This document shows, in pieces, positions 11,211-20,000 of a DNA stretch of 20,000 bases. Position numbers and translations under genes: made by a program. Source of the stretch: Alloascoidea hylecoeti (Eukaryota). Numbering within the stretch: position 1 is the first letter of the stretch; the number at the start of each line of letters is the position of its first letter. The stretch is taken from NCBI GenBank assembly GCA_001600815.1, contig BCKZ01000017.1:584213-604212 (forward strand), read 5' to 3'. The notes under the pieces were generated by a model. That model had not been told where the DNA came from. It saw nothing but the letters and a program-made list of their open reading frames with translations, and searched no databases.

Positions 11211-11439
11211 TGTGATTTTGTTTACTGGTATATCTCCTTCGTAAAGTCAGCTAATATTTCTCTTATTTTATATTTAGCTTGGAGTTATATTGAAGATGAT
11301 ATATACATTATGTCTCCTTGAATCTTATACATTATTCATCAATCTGGCAGATACTTATCGATATAAGTTAAAGGTCACCCTAATTAAATATGAAATGACT
11401 GCATAATTACACTTATGCTTAAGGCATCCAATTTTACTC

Positions 11440-12400
11440 GACATAATTGTTAGGATATAGCGGTTGAGATATGGGACAATGGAGGATATGAACACTCTAG
11501 AGGAAAGAGAAACTATGGACACTAAGATAAACTAATTTATAAAAAAGAACCTTATAACCGAGAACAATAATTTATATATTTCAATTGCAATTGCTGTTAA
11601 AGTTCAAAGTGCCTGTTCTCCCAATTGCGCCAAAAAGCCAATCGACTCTTTAGTGAACTGTTCTAAGAGTGTAATATATATCCAACAATTGCAATTGTAA
11701 ATCTTCAATATATATACAGCTCAATATTTTAAGTTCTAAGTAAATGTACCTGGATCAGGATCCTTCTTTCTTAAAGAGGTTCCGGAACAATTAATAACAT
11801 AAGTTGGTGATCATGATTAACATTCATTAGTTATATGGATTCATGTTCATTTCATAATTGTAACACTATAAATCGTTATAAAACTATTAATATAATACAC
11901 AATAGAGTTTATGTTTAAATTCTCGATATAGTATTCATTTTCAGTAAATATAGATCTATATTATGGAAGAATATAAATCTAAAAGCTTCTATTTCATTAT
12001 ACATCACGCTATAGTTAATAATCCCATATATATCCATTTTAATTACCTACAAAGAGCAAATTAAAACAATGGTCATGATCATGGAGTGGCATAAATCATG
12101 AGCAGCTAATATTAATATTAAAATGAACAAATATAGAATGCAAATCCATTTGTAATAACTATGCATAGTAGTATAGCTATGACTTCAAATATAGGAAAAA
12201 TAACGACAGATTTACTATGAATAATCCAGCCCTCACATAATAGATGTAACAGACTGATCTTGATGTACTCAGCTCTTTTCCAAACTTCAATTGCAATGAA
12301 TATAGACATATATCTAGATCTATAAATATCATAGCTGGTGTTATTATGCCAGTCATCCAATTATCCATGCTAATGTTCTATCTAATAACACACAATGCGG
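11440..12400 (-). pseudogene. Possible heavily decayed amino acid permease (YAT family) relic, divergent from GAL1
   Basis: Collinear motif echoes: LLDRTLAWIIG* (~12388-12353), IITPA, IEVW, FPIFEVIAIL, GFAFY, FVGN*NG, AFRFIFFH, LLIVP, FTIAI, IYYTLRTVH, IGFLAQL, SIVPYL. The expected YAT order is FVDPALGFAIGW, ITIPAE, IQYW, FSIIKVIAI, GFRYW, FxGTExVG, FWRIxFFY, LLVPY, FVIAI, LYASSRTL, FGLLAYL, PxQPY. There are many frameshifts and stops. Confidence 0.42.
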
Positions 12401-12425
12401 AATATTTTTTTTACCCCGGAAAAAT
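12398..12425. promoter_or_regulatory. GAL1 promoter: Mig1/CreA-type GC box plus two CGGANNA half-sites
   Basis: The minus strand reads AATTTTTCCGGGG (GC box CCCCGG at 12414-12419 with an AT-rich flank). CGGAATA is at 12398-12404 and CGGAAAA at 12417-12423. Confidence 0.5.
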
Positions 12426-12583
12426 TGGTTTGTAGAGGTAGATTCGTAAATGTCGACTGAAATAAAAAGACCCGCAGTTGCCGTATTCTACTACATGCAT
12501 ATTGTTCATTCGATCTAAATTATAAACTTGGCAGTAGGAAATTAGCAATGATGTGATATTCATCTCTCACTCTAACATGATGT

Positions 12584-12590
12584 TATAAAA
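12584..12590 (+). promoter_or_regulatory. TATA box of GAL1
   Basis: TATAAAA about 80 bp upstream of the ATG, at nearly the same distance as the GAL7 TATA. Confidence 0.55.
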
Positions 12591-12668
12591 GCACGGGAAT
12601 ATCGAGTATAAACTCTTTTGTATTATACTTTCAAATAATTCAATACTTTATAAATTTACTGAACAATA

Positions 12669-14240
12669 ATGTCTTTAATCCCAAGTGAAGAAAAGATATC
12701 GGATATTTACACTGCTCCTGCCCCGCAATCAAAGCGATACCAAGCACTTTTAACTAAATTTAAGGAAACATTTGGTCTTGATGCTGAATTTGTGACAAGA
12801 AGTCCTGGAAGGGTTAATATAATTGGTGAACACATTGATTATTGTTATTATTCAGTTTTGCCGATGGCAATAGAGAGCGATGTTGTTATGGCTGTCAGTA
12901 TCAGGGATGATAATAAGGTTATCTTACACAATATATCACCTTTATTTGCACCCGTTGAGTTTGAGTTACCTACTGCACCAGGTAAATTGGTGGATATTGA
13001 TCCTACTGTATCTCTTTGGGCAAATTATTTCAAATGTGGTCATTTGGTGGCTAATCAGTTTTTATGGAAGAACAGAGAAAAATATAACTTTTCTACTCCA
13101 GTTGGTATGAATATCTTTGTTGATGGTAATGTTCCTACTGGGGGTGGTTTATCATCCTCAGCCGCATTTATTTGTGCATCATCACTCGCAACGTTAAAAG
13201 CTAATAAAGTTACAAAAGTTACTAAAGAAGATTTAACTGCTATGGCTGTTGTTTCCGAAAGACATGTTGGTGTAAATACAGGTGGTATGGATCAAAGTGC
13301 TTCTGTTTGGGGAGAAAAACACCATGTTTTATATGTTCAATTTAAACCTCAACTAGCTACCAAAACATTTGCTATACCAGAAACAACACCAAAACCGGTT
13401 TTTCTTGTAGCTAACACATTATTTGTTTCAAATAAATATGAAACTGCTGCTACAAATTATAATTTAAGAGTTGTAGAAGTGACATTAGCTGCTCAGATGC
13501 TAGCTAAAAAGTTAGGTGTCACAATAATTAATGATGGAAATTTGGGGTATGGTACTTTAAGAGGGTTTTCAGATGCTTATTTCCAAAAAGTAGAGAACTC
13601 TGCACCTTGGGTGGATAATGAAGATATAGAAGAAGGTGAAAGAAGATTAGCTCAACTTGAAACGCTCGTGGAAGAGCAACTTGATAAAAAGGATGGTTAT
13701 ACTACAGAAGAGGTTGCCAACGAATTGGGAATCTCTGTCATTGAATTGAAAAAACATTATATGACTAAATTTCCAGTGAGATATAAGAAGTTGAATATCT
13801 ATAAACGTGCTAAGCATGTTTATTCTGAGTCTAGACGTGTTTTACAATTTCTGGAGATATTAAAGAATGCAACCAACAAACTTTCTTCTGCTGAATCTTT
13901 ATCTTTATTAGCAAAGTTAGGTGATTTAATGAACGAATCTCAAGTATCTTGTGATACTTTATTTAATAATTCATGCTCTGAAATTGATGAAATTTGTAGG
14001 ATTGCTCGTTCTAATGGTTCATTTGGTTCTCGTTTAACAGGTGCAGGATGGGGCGGCTGTACTGTTCATTTGCTTCCAGAGAATAAAGTTGAAAATGTTA
14101 GAACCGCTCTAATTAATGATTTTTATAAGAAGAAATATCCAGGTATTACAGATAATGAATTACAAGAAGCATTAGTTGTTTCAGAACCAGCTGTTGGAAG
14201 CGCTATTTATGTTGGAGGTATTGACGGCCTACTAAAATAA
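12669..14240 (+). CDS. GAL1: Galactokinase (GHMP kinase family), 523 aa
   Basis: RSPGRVNIIGEHIDY galactokinase signature, PTGGGLSSSAA ATP-binding loop, GGMDQ, WANYFKCG, and GSRLTGAGWGGC. The GLSSSAA loop is intact, as in the catalytic enzyme rather than the Gal3 sensor. Confidence 0.98.
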   Translation: MSLIPSEEKISDIYTAPAPQSKRYQALLTKFKETFGLDAEFVTRSPGRVNIIGEHIDYCYYSVLPMAIESDVVMAVSIRDDNKVILHNISPLFAPVEFELPTAPGKLVDIDPTVSLWANYFKCGHLVANQFLWKNREKYNFSTPVGMNIFVDGNVPTGGGLSSSAAFICASSLATLKANKVTKVTKEDLTAMAVVSERHVGVNTGGMDQSASVWGEKHHVLYVQFKPQLATKTFAIPETTPKPVFLVANTLFVSNKYETAATNYNLRVVEVTLAAQMLAKKLGVTIINDGNLGYGTLRGFSDAYFQKVENSAPWVDNEDIEEGERRLAQLETLVEEQLDKKDGYTTEEVANELGISVIELKKHYMTKFPVRYKKLNIYKRAKHVYSESRRVLQFLEILKNATNKLSSAESLSLLAKLGDLMNESQVSCDTLFNNSCSEIDEICRIARSNGSFGSRLTGAGWGGCTVHLLPENKVENVRTALINDFYKKKYPGITDNELQEALVVSEPAVGSAIYVGGIDGLLK

Positions 14241-14288
14241 AACAGATACACTTTCAATGTTTTTGCAATGAACAGCTCTATTTATAGC

Positions 14289-14302
14289 TATATATATATA
14301 TA
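14289..14302 (+). terminator. (TA)7 tract, probable polyadenylation efficiency element of GAL1
   Basis: TATATATATATATA about 50 bp after the GAL1 stop. Confidence 0.45.
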
Positions 14303-14808
14303 AAATGAACCGTACAGGTACTATGATCAGCCATCTATTTACTTTTTAATCATACGTTTTATGGCATGAATAATCAAAATTATGTCTGATATCTAAGTGA
14401 TCTTAAGTGTGATATCAATTGAGTCGGAACTTAAGCTTAAGCTAAATATATGTTGGTAGTATTATGATAAATCAATGCTAATAGTCATTATTTATACATT
14501 GATTATTTGAACCACAATAATTAATAATAATTTCATCGTTCATTTTATAAACCGGTATAAATTAATGACTACCGGTACCCGTAAGGAGAATTATTATTTA
14601 TTCCTGTGATTATTAGAACTTCTCTTAAAATTTCAATTCATGTTCTAGAACTTATGGAAAGTAAAATTTGTATTAAAAAATGGAAACTCTGAAAGATCGA
14701 AAAGAATAATTATAAAGATAGCGATGACTTTCCGAAGCAATATAAATTTTATAATAGCCGAATGTTAAACAGAAACATAATTACCTATATCATAATTTTC
14801 GAATTCCA

Positions 14809-15265
14809 CCCCGGCCCCACTCAGTTTAAATTTCCTTTTGGTGACTCTTCTCTATGTTAACTTTTGTGTAAATTTAAATAATCATATGCACTATGATCTT
14901 ATGGATCATGAACCTAATAACCTCGATCTTGTGATATCATAGTTCTATTAGTGCCTAACAATCATGGATCTTAGTAGATCCGTTTCATAATTCTCCCGAA
15001 GAACAAGAGACAAGTATGAATATGATGGGGTTGAAATTGTTCCGACACCGAAAAAGTGATTAGTTTGCGGAAAAAAGGTATTATTGTGTATAAATATGTG
15101 TGAAATATTGATCCGTGAAACATCGGGCTTTTATTGTGATTGGCCCGCATATGCATCGAATTAAAATTTTACACCACCAAAGCTTAAGATCAAGACATCC
15201 GAGCCCAAAAGCAATAGTGTACCATATCATTGTTGTAAATATTGCATGTGATCGGAGCTATAAAA
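14809..15265. promoter_or_regulatory. GAL7 promoter elements: tandem SYGGGG boxes, CGGANNA sites, TATA
   Basis: CCCCGG (14809-14814) and CCCCAC (14815-14820) are adjacent Mig1-type cores. CGGANNA occurs at 15038-15044 (-), 15068-15074 (+) and 15109-15115 (-). TATAAAA is at 15259-15265. Confidence 0.45.
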
Positions 15266-15341
15266 TGCTAATATTAATGCCCGACACTTTCTTAGTCAAT
15301 ATTTCAAACTAAAGATACAACTGGTACAATTTATTTTATAA

Positions 15342-16522
15342 ATGTCAACAGAACCATTTGATTTCAGTGATCATTCCCATAGACGTTATAATCCTCTTAC
15401 TGACTCTTGGGTAAGTCATTTGTTCACCCTTTTCGAAAAGATACATATTAATAAGATAATCAGGTTCTAGTATCCCCCCATAGGGCCAAACGACCATGGT
15501 TAGGGCAAAAAGAATCACAGTCTAATAATGTAATCCCCTCGTATGATCCTAAATGTTTTCTGTGTCCAACAAACAAAAGATCGAGCGGTGCGGTAAATCC
15601 CGATTACAATACAACATATATATTTCCAAATGATTTTATGGCGATGAAAGAAGTACAACCCTTATACCTTGAACCAGTAATCAATGATAACTCGACTGAA
15701 ATTGATATATTGTCTAATAGACTATTGAAAACTAGTGGTGTTAGAGGGAAATGTGGTGTTATTTGTTTCTCACCGAATCATGCTTTAACCCTACCTCAAT
15801 TACCTGTGAAAGAGATCAAACACGTAATAGTTACTTGGAAAGAAATTTATGAATCTTTAAAAAAAGAATCAATTGTTGATGGCAAACCTTTTAGATATGT
15901 TCAAATTTTTGAAAATAAAGGTTCTGTAATGGGTTGTTCAAATCCACATCCTCATTGTCAATATTGGTGTTCTGAATCAATTCCTACTGAATTAAATAAA
16001 GAGCTTAAATCATTTCAAAAATATTATGAAAAATATAACACACATCTTCTAGAAGATTATTTAAAATTGGAATTAACGAAAAAGAAAAGAATTATTGTTG
16101 AAAATGAATCATTTGTTGCCCTTGTTCCTTATTGGGCGGTTTGGCCATTTGAATCAATGATCATATCAAAACAAAAAGTTCCATCTATTGAAAATTTTAC
16201 AGAGATTCAAATTAATGATTTAGCTGATATTATAAAACGATTAACTGTTAAGTATGATAATTTATTTGAAGTTTCTTTTCCATATTCAATGGGAATTCAT
16301 CAAGCACCTATATCAAATGGTCAAGGGGATGAAGATAAATCAGGTCAACTTTTATCACATTTTCATATGCACTTTTATCCACCATTATTGCGAAGTGCTA
16401 CCGTTAGAAAGTTTTTAGTAGGTTATGAATTAATGGCTGAACCTCAGAGGGATTTAACTGCAGAACAAGCTACTGATAGATTGACAGCATTATCGGATAT
16501 TCTATATTCTAATAATAAATAG
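15342..16522 (+). CDS. GAL7: Galactose-1-phosphate uridylyltransferase; join(15342..15410,15464..16522), 375 aa
   Basis: The true start is upstream of the listed ORF: MSTEPFDFSDHSHRRYNPLTDSW|VLVSPHRAKRPWLGQ. The protein has YDPKCFLCP, the active site QIFENKGSVMGCSNPHPHCQ, VPYWAVWPFE, and HMHFYPPLLRSATVRKFLVGYE...QRDLTAEQA. Confidence 0.97.
15411..15463 (+). other. Spliceosomal intron of GAL7 (53 nt)
   Basis: GTAAGT donor at 15411 and CAG acceptor ending at 15463. Removal restores the conserved W-VLVSPHR. The branch site is degenerate (TATTAAT-like). Confidence 0.92.
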
Positions 16523-16939
16523 ATTTTTTGCCTGCGAGAAATATAAGACTTGTTTTTGTACTTCTAGATCTGTTATTACATGTAGCTACTGTATACGTAA
16601 GATCTATAGCTAGTATATATTCCAAATGAAATGAAATTAATATCTACCGTATATCATCAACCCTAAAATTTAAATCATGATTTCATCCTTATAGAAAAAC
16701 CACTACACAAATTTTATTTACCAAGAAATTAAGGAAGAAATATTTCAACTATTTTTAATTTAATATTATTTGGAAAGTATAGCTATTTACTATACTATAT
16801 TTCCAACAACCATATAATCTTCATATAAACATATTTACATAGCCTTATATAGGCTTATAGAATATATTATACAATCTTATTCTGAGATCTTCATTTTTCT
16901 TAGTTAATTCCTTCTTTTCTTGACTCCTTAGAGTCATTA

Positions 16940-17065
16940 AGCTCAGGGTAAGCAAATATATCACAATATTCAAGCCTCCTCTTCCTCTTTAATTGATAGT
17001 TCTATACTTAAAACTGCAACATCATTTAATTGCTCATGTGTAATCTTCTCACATCTCAATCTCAA
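16940..17065 (-). mobile_element. Possible hAT transposase C-terminal (dimerisation domain) relic
   Basis: LRLRCEKITHEQLNDVAVLSIE (17065-17000) resembles the recalled hAT consensus LRSTMTQERLNDLALLSIE, followed by frameshifted LEYCDIFA. The match is short and the upstream ERSFS motif is not visible. Confidence 0.22.
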
Positions 17066-19153
17066 AACTAATGTTCAATAATCAACCTTTCATATCAATA
17101 GCTGTAGCTGAATTTGAAAATCCGATTAGACATACCTTCAATATCATTATCATAAGTATTTATAACCTTCAAGTATATTTATATTTTAGAATCACCCAAT
17201 TATAAGACATTTTAAGCTAAACAGTTCTCGTCGTAATATAAAATTAGTAAACTCGTATAAATCTGTTAACTAGTATTTCAATTTCAATAGAGAATGTTGG
17301 AATAAAAAGGAGTTCATAGGAAATCATCATTAATATATTCTGGTCAAAATAACAATCATTGTCCGCCGACTGGAGCAAAATGAAATTTCTAACTAAATTC
17401 CTAAGGATCTTCAAAGAGACCACCGCGCTGAAGTTGTTGAAGGAATAGATCATCTGTATACTATATATCTCTGCTCCATACTCCTCTCGTGTGTTCCTAG
17501 TCTGACCACCCTTGGTGATAGATTATCCAATGCTAGTTTCCTAGATCCGCCATTCAGACCTGTCATTACCCATGTGAGCTAGAGCCGGGTAAAACCTGAA
17601 GTGGCTAAAATAAGATATGTGGAACAGCAACCTCTCAACTCATTGAACACACACATAATGGTTTACTTCTCTCCTCCCTATGACATTTAAAAAGTCGGAC
17701 CTACCTTCTTAGATATAAGTCACATGTCATCAACCATAGCCTGCAATTCGCTCTCGCTTGTGCTGATTATCTAAAGTATGTTCCAATTACTTTCAATCTT
17801 GTAACTTATATGATAATCTTTTGCCTTTACAATTTTACAATACCAATACCACTGCTTTCGTTGGACTAAGCTTACATTTATTTCATTGGAGTAACATTTA
17901 AATTAAAAATCAAAGTTCAGGAGAAAGATCTGTGCTTGTTAAGATTTACTTTTATAATGGTTATAGTATTAAGCAAAGTTTTTGATGATTTAATTAACTT
18001 TGATTTTCGTATTATCTACATCCAGTTTAAACTTATAAAACAACAATGTTATGATAACTTCACTAACAGTTAAAAAGGACCACATATCTAATTATTATAC
18101 TCTAAAATGGTATGCGAGCCAATTATCTTTTAATAAGTACTGTACTGGCTAAATAAATTATATAATTCGAATAAATTGATTGGAGTGAAAGACGAAATTC
18201 TTCTCTCAGCAGTATGCGTTAATTTCCTCTTAAGCTTCTGTTTTTAAATAAGAATTTATAATCTTGTTAACGTTTGATAAACCATCTGGCCAATTTTATT
18301 GTTTCTGGCGATTTAGTTACTATTACACATCATTAATTAAAGTTAGATGAGATAAGATTCTTTTTGATTTCCGTATACGCGTATATGCGTATAATAAATA
18401 ATTTAATCTGGAGAATCGCCGAAACTGGTCCTAATATTACGAATTTACATACAATAGTAAGCAAGGGTAGCACGTATCGGCTTGCAATAGCTGTCATATT
18501 ATAATTTTCTGTAAATTTCTGTTACTACTATTTTTAAACATCTCTGAGATTATACTGCTTGGTATTCATTCTTTCACTTTTAGGTTGCTTTATTCCTTCT
18601 CCGACTAAAAATATCTGCTCTCCTAGCTTGAGCTGGTAATCAAATCCAATATCTAGCTATAGAACCATATATACAACATGGTAAGACGAAGATCCTTATA
18701 ACACGACCTTCTATGAATATTTATGAGAGCTAAATATAAAATGCCAAGAAAAATAATTTGGAGGGATAATTTGCGTGACGTTACATATAAACTATTCTGG
18801 AAATTAGCCCTTCAGTTGCCACTTTTTATAATCAAATAGGAAGATCGGTGGCAGTGAATATAAAAAATGTGTTTTTCATTATTAATATTAATGTTGGGGA
18901 AGATGGTTTGGAGGTTTAAAAAGGTTTCCCTTTCCTCGAATATAAATTGATTTTTTGGTCAAGATCCAAAAAATAAATATTCATGATTTTAAACCACATC
19001 GGACTGGTAATCTTGTCGCTTGTAGTAGGCCATGCTTCCGGCCAGATACTTCTTATAGCTGCTGATCGAGTGTCAAACAGTATCGATGCTGCAAATCTAT
19101 GGTTGGTTCTAAACAACGCTAACTATTTAATACTACTTCAATTTTTTAAGAAA

Positions 19154-20000
19154 ATGTTGAGAAGAGGAGATGAGAAATTTAACGATACTGAGTCGGGACT
19201 TCTTAAACATCAAGACTCTCCCAATCGTCATGATCAAAAGACGGGAGAACTAAAAATTGAACAAATGGGGATGGGTAATTCTCCTAACGCAGCCAATTTC
19301 AATGGAAAAGATGTTGATAACAATAGTGTTGATATAGAGCAGACTGAAGATGATAAGACTTCAATAAGAGCCACTATCTCAGTTCAGGATAAATGGAAAT
19401 CATATCCAATAGCTTTGGGAACATTTGAAAGCATATTTACTATCATATTATACATATTAGGTTTGGGAACATCTAGATTTCTTAGTATTCCCATCCTTTA
19501 TGGAACTAATCCTGTGCTGATCTTGCCAAATCCAGAATCAGAAGAGTATGGTACAAGGCTTTATGTTAATGAAACTGGCGATTCACTTATCAATGCTCAA
19601 TTCACAAATCAGATGTACGCATGGGCTCATTTTTATGATGAGCATCCTTTGCATCCTAATGGACGACCAAGTAGAGTAAATGAGTTGCTTAGTAGTGAGG
19701 ATATTATGATGGGGCTATACTCTGCTGAAATGGCGAAACAACTCAAAATAGAAGAAGAGTTTAATAATCAAAGTATATCTCTTTATGATCTTGAATTTGA
19801 TCCCCTCCAGCAGTTAAAGGAAGCAGCATTTTACTATAAAAACCATTCATTAATTAACACAGGCGGGTTTTCAACTATATTCAGAGCTAGTGAAATGGCA
19901 CTTGATTCCGTCCCTGTACCATTCATGTCAATCCCTAATGGGTCATATACTTCAAGATTGTCTAATGTATTCAAGACTGAACCAGAGGAGGGTGATATTA
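19154..20000 (+). CDS. Uncharacterised probable type II single-pass membrane glycoprotein, 5' part; continues beyond the right edge
   Basis: AAAATG start and 282 open codons to the window end (absent from the ORF track). A hydrophilic ~85-aa N-terminus is followed by one hydrophobic segment (IALGTFESIFTIILYILGLG) and then a region with sequons NET, NQS, NHS and NGS. Confidence 0.85.
   Translation, partial: MLRRGDEKFNDTESGLLKHQDSPNRHDQKTGELKIEQMGMGNSPNAANFNGKDVDNNSVDIEQTEDDKTSIRATISVQDKWKSYPIALGTFESIFTIILYILGLGTSRFLSIPILYGTNPVLILPNPESEEYGTRLYVNETGDSLINAQFTNQMYAWAHFYDEHPLHPNGRPSRVNELLSSEDIMMGLYSAEMAKQLKIEEEFNNQSISLYDLEFDPLQQLKEAAFYYKNHSLINTGGFSTIFRASEMALDSVPVPFMSIPNGSYTSRLSNVFKTEPEEGDI

Noticed and set aside
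12398..12418. Gal4 UAS
   Set aside because: The spacer is 15 bp, not 11.
12880..13110. 76-aa plus-strand ORF
   Set aside because: Alternate frame inside GAL1.
14971..15312. Two small ORFs between GAL1 and GAL7
   Set aside because: About 60 aa, overlapping the GAL7 promoter, with no similarity to Gal10 or other known proteins.
15638..16522. Listed ORF start as the GAL7 start
   Set aside because: The conserved N-terminus lies upstream across an intron, and the real ATG is at 15342.
17700..17870. Short-chain dehydrogenase or GAL10 relic (SSGIG on the minus strand)
   Set aside because: One short motif that does not match the Gal10 TGGAGYIG loop, and the flanking support is inconsistent between frames.

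Overview
AT-rich, gene-sparse eukaryotic DNA from an intron-containing ascomycete yeast. It probably uses the standard code, since a CTG sits at a conserved Leu in GAL7. There are five credible genes: the 5' end of a GAP1-type amino acid permease (minus strand, runs off the left edge); a three-exon Myb/SANT-like (PIF/Harbinger ORF1-type) gene at 7548-9065; galactokinase GAL1; a two-exon GAL7 directly downstream on the same strand with no GAL10 in the window; and an unknown single-pass membrane protein running off the right edge. The long intergenic stretches look like a graveyard of decayed sequence. A mitochondrial-type group II intron RT/maturase fragment is well supported. A ~23-bp degenerate tandem array sits at ~10.95-11.21 kb. 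Weaker by-eye motif evidence suggests relics of a hexose transporter, an amino acid permease, a LINE endonuclease and a hAT transposase. All homology calls come from recalled family motifs, not from searches.
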